From contig CALBZC010000010.1 in assembly GCA_937889945.1 (NCBI GenBank), forward strand, positions 44,358 through 108,357: 64,000 nucleotides of DNA, in the 5' to 3' direction. The number at the start of each line of letters is the position of its first letter. Positions within the stretch are counted from its first letter, which is position 1. This stretch comes from an uncultured Bacteroidales bacterium (GTDB lineage: Bacteria; Bacteroidota; Bacteroidia; Bacteroidales; UBA4417). The notes under the pieces are model-generated. The model had not been told where the DNA came from and ran no database searches. It saw nothing but the letters and a program-made list of their open reading frames with translations. The position numbers were made by a program, and so were the translations under genes. Of the stretch, positions 19,543 through 28,579 are shown piece after piece.

Positions 19543-21363
19543 CTAATAAATAATAACATCTTTTCCGGAGCGTATCCCAATCCAATTATCATTATATTTG
19601 ATATCTACTTTTAGCTTTAGCTTGCCTTTTACTGAAGGCGCCTTGATTTGAATATATTGTTTTAGTGAATGTATAATATCGGCATGGATAGGCACTTGTA
19701 TTACATCCCAGTTAAGCACTTCGCCGTCCTTTTCCCATAAAGAAACAAAAGAAATATTATTGTTTTTGCCGGCATATATAGGGGTATCTTGCTTATTATT
19801 TGCCTCTACCCATATCCAAGCCTTTTCTCCGGCATAAAAATATTGTTTGCTATGTATGGTAATTTCTACATGGGCAATTCCCATATCCGTGGCATTGTTT
19901 TGGGTTGTGTCTTTCAGCAATTTGTATGGTTGGTGTGGGAGATTGAAATATGTATTGTTTAGCCATGTATTTTTTTTTATCTCGAAACGGTTGAGTAAAA
20001 ACTCATCAGGTTTAACCATATGTTGGTTGTTATTATATTCCAAACTGGTTGTGGTGGCAAGGCATACCGAATTTTTTTTGTGGTTTTCGTTGCCTATAAG
20101 CAGGGCTTCGATAGGCAATGTCCAGCGTGATACGGCAAACGCCGGATTTATAGTTTCTGAATCTACAATGTATTTACCTGTTCCTTTTTGATGGGCAACT
20201 TCGGTTAGAAATTCTATTTGGCGCGCCCTGTGATATAATCCGCTTCCCAATGTGGCTATTCGGTAAATATTGTAGCCAATCAGTATAAACAGCCCCACTA
20301 CCAGCATGTTTCTTACTCCTGTTTGTGGCGTTTTGGGAATAAAATAAATGAGTGGCAAAAAAGCTACAAGAATAAGTGGATATATCCACAGGTCGGAGAT
20401 GAAACTGCCCGCGCTTATAATACCTGTTTTAGTGAAAAGCGTGTAGATAATTAAACAAGACAGAAGTAAAATCAAGTTAAACCATTCTTTGCGTTTTATC
20501 AGGACGCCTAACGCGGCTACGCTGCATATCAAAAGTTCGGTATGGGTTTTAAAAGCAAATAAAAAGGCATCTTTAAAATTTTGCCAATGAACTGTAGTGC
20601 CAAGCATAATTTTTAAGGCATAAGAATGTTTAAAAAGCACGCCGTTTTCGCCTAAATAAAAATGCCTTAGCCAAAATCCGGCACATACGGCAAAAAAAGT
20701 GAGTATATAAGGTAAATATTCATACAGTGTTCTTATTCTGTCGTTCTTAATATTATAGAAAAAGATAACTAAAAACAAAACAAAAGCTAATGGATGCGTG
20801 AGCAGCGCACATATTTCAAGTATGATAAGAATCCATATTACGGAAGGAGTTCGTTGTTCTACCTTCCAAAACGAATTAAACGCGATACAAAGCGGAATGG
20901 CAAAATATAGTCCGAATGTAGGAATGAAAAAGCCATGTAGTATGCCTATGGTTTGCGAAATAAGAATGAGAAACCCTGAGCGTTGATCCCGTAAGCCATA
21001 ATAAACAAATATAAAAATGGTATATATAAAAAGAGTGGGTGTTATAGAGTATGCTATTAAAGCATATTTCAGCGGTAGAGTGAGCATTAATAAAAAAGCA
21101 GGTACAATTTGGGCAACCAGCTTTGTATAGCCAATGCCTTCCACCCATAACATCTTTGAATGCATCATCTGCAAAAAATTATAACCCGACTCATCAGCTA
21201 AGCGTGCCTTGTAGAAATAAACCGACATGATAATGAGGATAATCCACGGGATGTGAGGTACCGTGCGGTTTACCGCACGGTAGCGATATTTAGGACGACG
21301 TAATAATTTACGTAAAGTCATCCGTGTTTCGGATGTGTCTATATCTAATTCAAAATCAATCAT
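19543..21363 (-). CDS. Polytopic membrane protein of unknown function (about 12 TM helices plus a ~230-aa C-terminal soluble domain)
   Basis: 606-aa ORF. It has many hydrophobic 18-25-aa segments in residues 40-380, then a hydrophilic tail. I recognise no family motif. Confidence 0.55.
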   Translation of the reverse strand: MIDFELDIDTSETRMTLRKLLRRPKYRYRAVNRTVPHIPWIILIIMSVYFYKARLADESGYNFLQMMHSKMLWVEGIGYTKLVAQIVPAFLLMLTLPLKYALIAYSITPTLFIYTIFIFVYYGLRDQRSGFLILISQTIGILHGFFIPTFGLYFAIPLCIAFNSFWKVEQRTPSVIWILIILEICALLTHPLAFVLFLVIFFYNIKNDRIRTLYEYLPYILTFFAVCAGFWLRHFYLGENGVLFKHSYALKIMLGTTVHWQNFKDAFLFAFKTHTELLICSVAALGVLIKRKEWFNLILLLSCLIIYTLFTKTGIISAGSFISDLWIYPLILVAFLPLIYFIPKTPQTGVRNMLVVGLFILIGYNIYRIATLGSGLYHRARQIEFLTEVAHQKGTGKYIVDSETINPAFAVSRWTLPIEALLIGNENHKKNSVCLATTTSLEYNNNQHMVKPDEFLLNRFEIKKNTWLNNTYFNLPHQPYKLLKDTTQNNATDMGIAHVEITIHSKQYFYAGEKAWIWVEANNKQDTPIYAGKNNNISFVSLWEKDGEVLNWDVIQVPIHADIIHSLKQYIQIKAPSVKGKLKLKVDIKYNDNWIGIRSGKDVIIY

Positions 21364-21712
21364 GTATGGCTTTGTGGCAGGCTTGTTGTTAATAGTACAA
21401 ATATATTAAAATATAAGTAGTTATGAATATAATTTCTTGTTTTTTATAGGATAAGGTTTGCGTATTAAACGGTTGGAAATATGAGGCAGCTTAAGTTTAA
21501 ATGAAAATAGTTTATCGTGAAATCAATTCTTTTGAAAGCTAAATGTGAGAAAGTAGAAATGAATTTTATATGTGCGGTTGAACGTGAGGGGCATTTAAAT
21601 TGTTTATACATCATAAATATAAATAAATTCTATTACACACACTATTTATCTGCCTATTTATGAAAGGCTATTGCAAATGAGAGATAGATATAAATAATTA
21701 AATTTTTTTACT

Positions 21713-22342
21713 ATGGATTTACATGATATACGCCAAGATTATAAGAATAATACGATAGGTGATAATTACCCCCACCAACCGATGCAATGGTTTTCGGAAT
21801 GGATGGAGCAAGCTTTGGATAGCGAGCCTGAACCTACTGCTTTTGTACTGTCAACGGTAGGAGATGATTTAAAACCGGCATCACGTATTGTTTTGTTAAA
21901 AAAGTTTGATGATGAAGGATTTACTTTTTTTACCAATTATGAAAGCAGGAAAGCTTTTCATATGGCGCAAAATCCTTATGTAAGCATGAATTTTTTTTGG
22001 ACAACCTTGCAGCGACAAGTGCGTATAGAAGGTATTATTTCAAAAATATCTTCTTCCGAATCAGATCGTTATTTTCAAATCCGTCCTTTTGATAGCCGTG
22101 TAAATGCAATTATTTCACCGCAAAGTAAAATTATTCCGGATATGAGATTTTTGCATAACAGGCGTGAAAGTTTTATAAATAACCATCTGAATAAAAATAT
22201 TACCCGCCCTCAACATTGGGGCGGGTATATAATAAAACCTTTTATGATAGAGTTTTGGCAGGGAGGTGCAAATCGATTGCACGAACGTGTGCAGTTTACC
22301 CTTGACCAAAGCAAGTGGCAGCATTGCCGTTTGGCTCCATAG
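21713..22342 (+). CDS. pdxH: Pyridoxamine 5'-phosphate oxidase
   Basis: 209 aa with PASRIVLLK, QVRIEG and EFWQGGANRLHERVQF, all PdxH hallmarks. Confidence 0.92.
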   Translation: MDLHDIRQDYKNNTIGDNYPHQPMQWFSEWMEQALDSEPEPTAFVLSTVGDDLKPASRIVLLKKFDDEGFTFFTNYESRKAFHMAQNPYVSMNFFWTTLQRQVRIEGIISKISSSESDRYFQIRPFDSRVNAIISPQSKIIPDMRFLHNRRESFINNHLNKNITRPQHWGGYIIKPFMIEFWQGGANRLHERVQFTLDQSKWQHCRLAP

Positions 22343-22345
22343 GGA

Positions 22346-23896
22346 TTAATTATGCTCTTTTCTTAATAAGTCGTTTATGGTTTTTACTGGATTAAAAGTG
22401 GTGTTGGGAACTTCAACAAAAACCGTAATCCAATCGTCCATAGCGCCATTCCATAAGCCGGGGAGTTCCTGCGCTTTTAGTTGTACCCCGTCTTTAGATT
22501 TAATGGAAATAAATCCGGTGGAAGCATCTACAAATTCGCGTAAATCAAATACTTTGCCTTTGTAATCGCGCACTCCGCACACAATATCCACAGGGTTAAA
22601 GTGCGTAGATTCTTTCAATATCTTTAATTGCTTTGGGTCGTCTTTATTGATTTGCGATGACTCCACAATTTGAAGGGATATTTCTCCGTTTAACTCTTTT
22701 ACCCAAAAAGGACCGCCTCCGGGTTCGCCTTCATTTTTAACCATGCCGCACACTCTTATGGGACGGTTGAGTTTACTGAAAAGATACTCAACCTTATGTT
22801 CCTTGCTCATGCCGGGGAAATCGGGGTCAATGGCAAATCCTAATTTTGTTTTTATAAAGCGCAATATGGTACGTATATCTTCGTCATCGGGCTTATCTTC
22901 CAGTGTTTCCAAATGTTCAAAAACGGTGTCTTGCAACTCGAACAGGTAACCCCCCAGTACTTTTTTATAAAGAATATCATCATTTTTGAAATTGTCAGGC
23001 GTTACATTGTCGATATTTTTTATGAAAACGATTTCACTTTCGCGGTCGTTGAGGTTTTCTATAAGCGCACCATGCCCACCCGGACGGAAAATAAACTGAC
23101 CGCTGCCATCGCGCAACGGTTTATTGTTTAAGTCAACAGCGATAGTATCAGTAGAAGATTTTTGAAGAGAAAATGTTAATTCGTAAGTAACGTCAAAAAG
23201 TTCTTCATATTTTTCTTTAATACGGTTGATTTCATCTAAGAATAAATCGGCATGTTCGGGTGAAACGGTGAAGTGGATAGCAGCGCGTTTTTCTTTGTCT
23301 TTGCAATATTTTGCGGCTTCTACCATGTGCTCTTCTATGGGCATGCGTTCACCATCGGGATAGGCATGAAAAACGAGAAGTCCCTTTGGCAGATTTGCAT
23401 AATTAAGCCCTTTAGGGGTAAGCAAATATTCTATAATAATATTATATTCCTCACGTTCCAATAAGTTTTTAATATCCAAGCTATCCTTTTTCAGCGCGTC
23501 ACTTAACTTTTTGAAGAAAGCAAATTCTTTTATTTTTTCGAAAAACTTTTTAACATTGGCGAATTCAGGTTTAGCCTCAAAAATTTTAGCATCAAACTTG
23601 CCCGGTTTGCTTTTATTTGCATTAAGGAATTCGAATAAATCTTTAAACATACGACTGGCAGCCCCCGAAGCCGGTACAAACTTAAGCACTTCATAACGTT
23701 TTGAGTTTGAATCGTAGTAATAGGAGAGTTTTTTTGCATCGCGTTGGTTAAAGGTTTTAATCCCGTCACCAATAATGGCAGGGCGGTCGAGATTGATAAA
23801 TGGAAACCCGTTTCTGAAATTTTCTAATTGCAACTCCACGGTTTTTATATCGCTTCCTCGCGATTGGAACTGTTTTAAATCTTCTTTTGTAAACAT
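22346..23896 (-). CDS. DUF4301-family protein (UDP-sugar pyrophosphorylase-like fold suspected)
   Basis: 516 aa. The N-terminus MFTKEDLKQFQSRGSDIKTVELQLENFRNGFPFINLDRPA matches my recollection of the Bacteroidota DUF4301 family. Function unknown. Confidence 0.5.
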   Translation of the reverse strand: MFTKEDLKQFQSRGSDIKTVELQLENFRNGFPFINLDRPAIIGDGIKTFNQRDAKKLSYYYDSNSKRYEVLKFVPASGAASRMFKDLFEFLNANKSKPGKFDAKIFEAKPEFANVKKFFEKIKEFAFFKKLSDALKKDSLDIKNLLEREEYNIIIEYLLTPKGLNYANLPKGLLVFHAYPDGERMPIEEHMVEAAKYCKDKEKRAAIHFTVSPEHADLFLDEINRIKEKYEELFDVTYELTFSLQKSSTDTIAVDLNNKPLRDGSGQFIFRPGGHGALIENLNDRESEIVFIKNIDNVTPDNFKNDDILYKKVLGGYLFELQDTVFEHLETLEDKPDDEDIRTILRFIKTKLGFAIDPDFPGMSKEHKVEYLFSKLNRPIRVCGMVKNEGEPGGGPFWVKELNGEISLQIVESSQINKDDPKQLKILKESTHFNPVDIVCGVRDYKGKVFDLREFVDASTGFISIKSKDGVQLKAQELPGLWNGAMDDWITVFVEVPNTTFNPVKTINDLLRKEHN

Positions 23897-24010
23897 GTAA
23901 ATGTCTTTCTTTTGTAGTTCAAAGTTAATAAAATAACTTTTAAATAATGCTTCTTAGTATAAAAGAATAACATTTTTGCATGTGTTTTTGTTAAAACAAA
24001 TATAAAATAT

Positions 24011-24018
24011 TACCTTTG
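24011..24018 (+). promoter_or_regulatory. -7 promoter box for tRNA-Leu (TACCTTTG)
   Basis: Match to TAnnTTTG, 12 nt upstream of the tRNA 5' end. Confidence 0.45.
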
Positions 24019-24030
24019 CAAACTCATTTC

Positions 24031-24114
24031 GCCCGGGTGGTGGAATTGGTAGACACGCCAGCTTGAGGGGCTGGTGTTCGCAAGGACGTGCAAGTTCGAG
24101 TCTTGTCCCGGGCA
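24031..24114 (+). tRNA. tRNA-Leu (anticodon GAG), type II with a long variable arm
   Basis: Acceptor stem GCCCGGG/CCCGGGC plus discriminator A. Anticodon stem CCAGC/GCUGG encloses the loop UUGAGGG, giving anticodon GAG. It also has a long variable arm and the GTTCGAGTC T-loop. CCA is not encoded. Confidence 0.93.
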
Positions 24115-24150
24115 CAAAAAAAGGTTCATCTCTTAGATGAACCTTTTTTT
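24115..24150. terminator. Bidirectional terminator shared by tRNA-Leu (+) and the convergent L,D-transpeptidase gene (-)
   Basis: AAGGTTCATC (24121..24130) and GATGAACCTT (24136..24145) form a perfect 10-bp stem with a 5-nt loop. An A run precedes it and a T run follows. Confidence 0.7.
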
Positions 24151-24169
24151 ATTCATTTCAAGAGTTTAA

Positions 24170-25813
24170 TTATTTTTTGGCTGAATTAACCGGAAGCTTT
24201 GCCGTATCCGCTTTTTTTGTAAACATTTTTTCTGCCATTTTTTTATCATGCCCATATATGTCATCTCTAAAATTCAAATTCCCATTGTCATCTACCCATG
24301 TGGTAAAATAAGCAATCAACACAGGTACCGGATTTTTGAGTTTTACATATGTTTCGGTTGTTTTGTTCATGGCTGCTTTTATTTTTTCGTCATTCCAGAG
24401 CGTATCGTTTCGTAAAAGGTACTGTGCCATTTTAAAAGGCTCTTTCAAACGTATGCAACCGTGACTAAAACTTCTCTTGTTTTCATTAAATAAGCTTTTG
24501 GCTGGCGAATCATGAAAATAGATGTTATAACTGTTAGGAAATAAAAATTTTACGGCGCCCAGCGAGTTCCATGGTCCGGGTTTTTGGCGTATAAGCGGTA
24601 TGTTGCCTGCATATCCATATATTTCCATGTGATTTCTGGATAAGTACGATCCCCTAAGCTTGGGCATAATTTCGTTTTTCACTATGCTGGTTGGAACTCC
24701 CCAATAAGGACTAAATACGATGGTTGTTAAGTTTCCGGTAAATATGGTAGTTCCCGTACTCTCTTTACCCACTACTACATTCATATTCCATGCAGGTTTG
24801 TCTTGCTCATATACATGTAGCATATACTCGGGAATATTAACTATAATGTAGTTGCCTCTAATATTGTCAGGCAACCATCGCATACGTTCCATATTAATAA
24901 GTATTTGCTCTATGCGCTCACCCACAGGTTTGTTTAATTTGTCAATCAAACTTTTGCTTATTTCTCCGTTAGCACTCAATCCATAAACAAGTCGAATTCC
25001 ATTAATGGTAGCTTCCAGCTCATCATTGTATAAATCTGAAGTGTCAGTAGTAGGGAAATGACCTTCAGTAGCCAACCGTTTTTTTGTTGCAGTTATCAAT
25101 AAGTTACGCTCCCCTTTTTTTAAGCTTTTCCCTTGCCAGGCTATTTTTTGCCATCCTCCTGCAGATTGAATGTTCCTGTATTTAAATAAGGATGTGCGTA
25201 GTTTTCTATATTGCTCGTTTACAGGTTCGTATTTGTCTAATTTTTTGCCTTTGTTAATAACAAGTGAATCGAGCAATGCGGTTGTGTTCACTTGTTTGCG
25301 CGGAATAAACCACTCTAATGATTTCATATCAAAATCATCACGTCCTTCATAAGCTTTGCTCGCGTATTTGAAAAAGGTATAGGTAAGTTCCATTTCCATT
25401 TTTTTAAAAGCAGAGTCATGAGGAATAACAAATTTTTCCAGAATCAATATATTCTCCATTTTTTGTGCAAAACTCTTCTCAAATACACTACTGTCAGCGG
25501 AATAACTTACATAATTTTTAAGAATGTTCCAAAAAGTATGTGTTTGTTCAGGAATACCTTCAGGCGAAAACCAGGCATAAGCATAGTTACGTGCGCTGTA
25601 AAAGCTTATCATCCGGTCAGCGGTGGTTTCAGGTATTTTATGTATTTCGGTAAATTTTCTTAATGTAATGCTATCTAAGAATATTTTGTTGTATGCATTT
25701 GAAGTATCAATGGAAGTATCTCTTCCGGTAATGCGTATTTTTTTTCTACATCCGGTAGAAAATATGAGCATACCTATTGAAAATATAATAAAAAGGGTAA
25801 AAATTTTTTTCAT
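24170..25813 (-). CDS. L,D-transpeptidase, YcbB/LdtD-like, paralog 2
   Basis: 547 aa, collinear with the 13344..15020 product. It has the same SFSHGCIRL catalytic motif, the same NSYNIYFHD block and the same N-terminal ...NKIF...FY.ARNY.YAWF.PEG.PE.T..FWN..KNYV.YS... block. Confidence 0.85.
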   Translation of the reverse strand: MKKIFTLFIIFSIGMLIFSTGCRKKIRITGRDTSIDTSNAYNKIFLDSITLRKFTEIHKIPETTADRMISFYSARNYAYAWFSPEGIPEQTHTFWNILKNYVSYSADSSVFEKSFAQKMENILILEKFVIPHDSAFKKMEMELTYTFFKYASKAYEGRDDFDMKSLEWFIPRKQVNTTALLDSLVINKGKKLDKYEPVNEQYRKLRTSLFKYRNIQSAGGWQKIAWQGKSLKKGERNLLITATKKRLATEGHFPTTDTSDLYNDELEATINGIRLVYGLSANGEISKSLIDKLNKPVGERIEQILINMERMRWLPDNIRGNYIIVNIPEYMLHVYEQDKPAWNMNVVVGKESTGTTIFTGNLTTIVFSPYWGVPTSIVKNEIMPKLRGSYLSRNHMEIYGYAGNIPLIRQKPGPWNSLGAVKFLFPNSYNIYFHDSPAKSLFNENKRSFSHGCIRLKEPFKMAQYLLRNDTLWNDEKIKAAMNKTTETYVKLKNPVPVLIAYFTTWVDDNGNLNFRDDIYGHDKKMAEKMFTKKADTAKLPVNSAKK

Positions 25814-25841
25814 TTATTATCAAAATTTTTTCAAAAGAATA

Positions 25842-26741
25842 TTACGTAAGTTTCTTTTTATCAGTAAGTTGAACGAGCATAAGTCCGGCAAGCATAAATG
25901 CGCATCCAATAAGGTTTTGAAGTGTTAGTTTTTCGTGTAAAATAAGCCATCCGCCTATTACAGCAAAAACAGTTTCAAAAGTAAGTATGAGCGATGCATG
26001 TGCCGGTTGCACATATTGTTGGGCTACAACCTGCAAGGTATATGCAACACCTACCGAAAGCAATCCGCCGTATAAAATAGGAATGGTAGCGTCATAAATG
26101 GATTGCAGTGAAATAGTTTCAAATGAAAAAGCAACTATCAAGCTTAAAATGCCACAGGTGGTGAATTGAATTACTGATAATAATATAGGAGAAATATTTT
26201 TAACCAAAGCGTTGATAATTTGCACGTGAAAAGCCCAGAAAAAAGCACACAGCAAAATAAGAAAATCGCCATACGTGATATGAATAGAGCCGCTTATTGT
26301 TAAAAAATACAGTCCTGTTAGCGCTAACAAGGTGCCTATCCATAAAAAACGTGTTATTTTTTGTCCTAAAAAAATCCCGATAATAGGTACCAACACCACA
26401 TAAAACCCTGTTATAAAGCCCGCTTTTCCGGCAGAGGTATAAACAAGTCCTACTTGCTGGAGCGATGCAGCCGCAAAAAGTACCAATCCTACCGAAACGC
26501 CTAAAGCCAGGGTTTTTGCTTTCGAAAATTTAAATATTACTTCAGCCTTTTTCTTTTTCGTTTGTTCATAGTACAAAAGAGGTAATAACGAAAGGCTTCC
26601 CAGTAGAAAACGGATGCCGCTGTAGGTAAACGGACCAATATACTTCATTCCTGCACGTTGGGCAACAAATGCAAATCCCCAAATAATAGCTGCAATCCAC
26701 AGCATAAGAAAAGCCCATTTTGAAAAGCCTTTATTTGACAT
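25842..26741 (-). CDS. DMT-superfamily (EamA-like) transporter
   Basis: 299 aa with 10 predicted TM segments arranged as two EamA-like halves. Confidence 0.75.
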   Translation of the reverse strand: MSNKGFSKWAFLMLWIAAIIWGFAFVAQRAGMKYIGPFTYSGIRFLLGSLSLLPLLYYEQTKKKKAEVIFKFSKAKTLALGVSVGLVLFAAASLQQVGLVYTSAGKAGFITGFYVVLVPIIGIFLGQKITRFLWIGTLLALTGLYFLTISGSIHITYGDFLILLCAFFWAFHVQIINALVKNISPILLSVIQFTTCGILSLIVAFSFETISLQSIYDATIPILYGGLLSVGVAYTLQVVAQQYVQPAHASLILTFETVFAVIGGWLILHEKLTLQNLIGCAFMLAGLMLVQLTDKKKLT

Positions 26742-26817
26742 ATATTATATTTTTGATTGCAAAAATACTAAAATATCCCCGATTTCAGACTAAAGTTTGT
26801 TATATCCGCAGGAAATA

Positions 26818-26825
26818 TTAATTTT
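26818..26825 (+). promoter_or_regulatory. -7 promoter box for pepE (TAATTTTG)
   Basis: Match to TAnnTTTG, 23 nt upstream of the ATG at 26849. Confidence 0.35.
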
Positions 26826-26848
26826 GAAATAAATTAAAAAGTATAGTT

Positions 26849-27562
26849 ATGGAATTATTATTGTTAAGCAATTCAACAAATGCCGGCGAAACATATTTAG
26901 GTTGGCCTCAGGAAATTTTAAAGGATTTTATTACAAGAAACAATATCAAGTCGTGCCTGTTTGTGCCTTATGCAGGTGTTACGGTAGAGTGGGACGATTA
27001 TACGCAAAAAGTAAAAACTGTTTTTAATAATTTTGGTTGCGATGTGGTTTCTGTACACACACAACTTAATCCCATACAGGCTGTCAGAGATGCCAAATGT
27101 ATTGTTGTGGGAGGCGGAAATACATTCAGATTGGTGCAGTTGATGCATGATACCGGCATCATGGCAGAGATAAGGGAAGCCGTAAAAAAGGGAACTCCTT
27201 ATATGGGGTGGAGTGCAGGGTCTAACGTGGCATGCCCATCGTTGCGGACAACCAATGATATGCCTATTGTACAGCCGGCTTCGTTTAGCACTTTGGGTTT
27301 TGTGCCGTTTCAAATAAATCCACACTATCTTGATGCCAACCCTGAAGGTCATGGTGGAGAAACGCGAGAAGAACGCATTATGGAATTTTTGGCAGCCAAT
27401 CCTAATATGGTTGTGGTAGGCTTGCGCGAAGCTACTGCATTACATTTATCAGGCGATAAGCTGGAGTTGCTTGGCAAGCGACCTATGCGCATGTTTGTAA
27501 AAGGGAAAGAGCCTAAAGAAATAAGCGTGCAAGATAATATTAACTTTTTGATGGAGTTATAA
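26849..27562 (+). CDS. pepE: Dipeptidase E (peptidase S51, aspartyl dipeptidase)
   Basis: 237 aa with VGGGNTFRL and the GWSAGSNV nucleophile-Ser context typical of S51 PepE. Confidence 0.85.
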   Translation: MELLLLSNSTNAGETYLGWPQEILKDFITRNNIKSCLFVPYAGVTVEWDDYTQKVKTVFNNFGCDVVSVHTQLNPIQAVRDAKCIVVGGGNTFRLVQLMHDTGIMAEIREAVKKGTPYMGWSAGSNVACPSLRTTNDMPIVQPASFSTLGFVPFQINPHYLDANPEGHGGETREERIMEFLAANPNMVVVGLREATALHLSGDKLELLGKRPMRMFVKGKEPKEISVQDNINFLMEL

Positions 27563-27580
27563 CTGCAATCAAAAAAGAAA

Positions 27581-27622
27581 ATAACCATCAGAGGCATTAT
27601 TTCCTTTGATGGTTATTTTTTT
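27581..27622 (+). terminator. Rho-independent terminator of pepE
   Basis: A 14-bp stem (27581..27594 pairs with 27603..27616, one G-U pair) with an 8-nt loop, followed by a T run. Confidence 0.65.
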
Positions 27623-27652
27623 ACAAAAAAAACGCACGATTTTTATCGTGCG
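27623..27652 (-). terminator. Rho-independent terminator of the small outer-membrane protein gene
   Basis: CGCACGAT (27633..27640) and ATCGTGCG (27645..27652) form a perfect 8-bp stem. On the minus strand it is followed by a U8 run. Confidence 0.6.
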
Positions 27653-27680
27653 CTGGTGTATGTTTTTAAATTACAATTTT

Positions 27681-28160
27681 TTAGAAAGTATATTTTATTC
27701 CAAACTGGCTTTGCCAAAAGAAATAATGATAATGGTCATCCCAATGGTTTCCTATTAAGTTTATACCGGGGCGAAAATCTAACGAAAGTGCAATAGGAAC
27801 ACGCGGTATCATATACTCAAGTCCTATAGCCCCGTCAATTCCTAAAAACAAATTGTCTGAGCGGTCTTTTTCATGCCAGCTTCCTATGTGGGCGCCGGGT
27901 CCGTAATAAAAACTTAAACCGTTGGCATTGGTAATGGGCGAGTGTATCTCATATAAGCCTGAAATACCGAAAAATTCTCCATCGCCGCCAGTCCATCCAT
28001 AGCCTAATGTGAAATCAAGCGCATTATTGCCCGAAATAAAAGTTTTATAGGTAATGCCCGAAGGTGAGCCTAAAGCTATACCTATTGCATTTTTGTACTG
28101 TGCATGTGCTCCCCATAATAAGCCTGCAGATAATAGAATTGTTAGAACTATTTTCTTCAT
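27681..28160 (-). CDS. Small outer-membrane beta-barrel protein (hypothetical)
   Basis: 159 aa with a signal peptide (…LWGAHAQ), alternating hydrophobic/Gly-rich beta-strand patterning, and a C-terminal ...IKYTF ending in Phe, as in OM barrels. Confidence 0.55.
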   Translation of the reverse strand: MKKIVLTILLSAGLLWGAHAQYKNAIGIALGSPSGITYKTFISGNNALDFTLGYGWTGGDGEFFGISGLYEIHSPITNANGLSFYYGPGAHIGSWHEKDRSDNLFLGIDGAIGLEYMIPRVPIALSLDFRPGINLIGNHWDDHYHYFFWQSQFGIKYTF

Positions 28161-28567
28161 ATATTTATTTATTTTAAATTAAAATTATATTATATTAAAT
28201 TTTTAAATTTCTATAAGTAGTTAAATAATGTCTTAGAAGCAAATATGACCGATTTGTATATAATAGGTTAAAAATTTTACTTATCTAACGTATGTTTAAT
28301 TGCTACAAGTGTTAATTGTATAAATAAATATTATAATGCTCAAATATTATGCCATTTACGGATTCTATAACGTTTAAAATTTAAATTTTAGTATATTACC
28401 TATACTAATTTGCTGATAAAATTACTATTTCCCTTTAAAAATAAGTATTTGAGAGCTGTTAAAAAATACTAAAAACGAATGGATGGATTTTTGTATTATA
28501 ATAGCAAGCCATTAAAATTTATCAGGATATAATTAACAAATTTATTGCACTTAAAGCACATTCTTTT

Positions 28568-28575
28568 TACTTTTG
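28568..28575 (+). promoter_or_regulatory. -7 promoter box immediately upstream of guaA (TACTTTTG)
   Basis: Match to TAnnTTTG, ending only 4 nt before the guaA ATG at 28580. Confidence 0.3.
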
Positions 28576-28579
28576 TAGC

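Noticed and set aside
28161-28579. A possible purine/guanine riboswitch in the long guaA upstream spacer.
   Set aside because: The region is almost pure A/T. It contains no GC-rich P1/P2/P3 helices and nothing resembling the conserved purine-riboswitch junction core.
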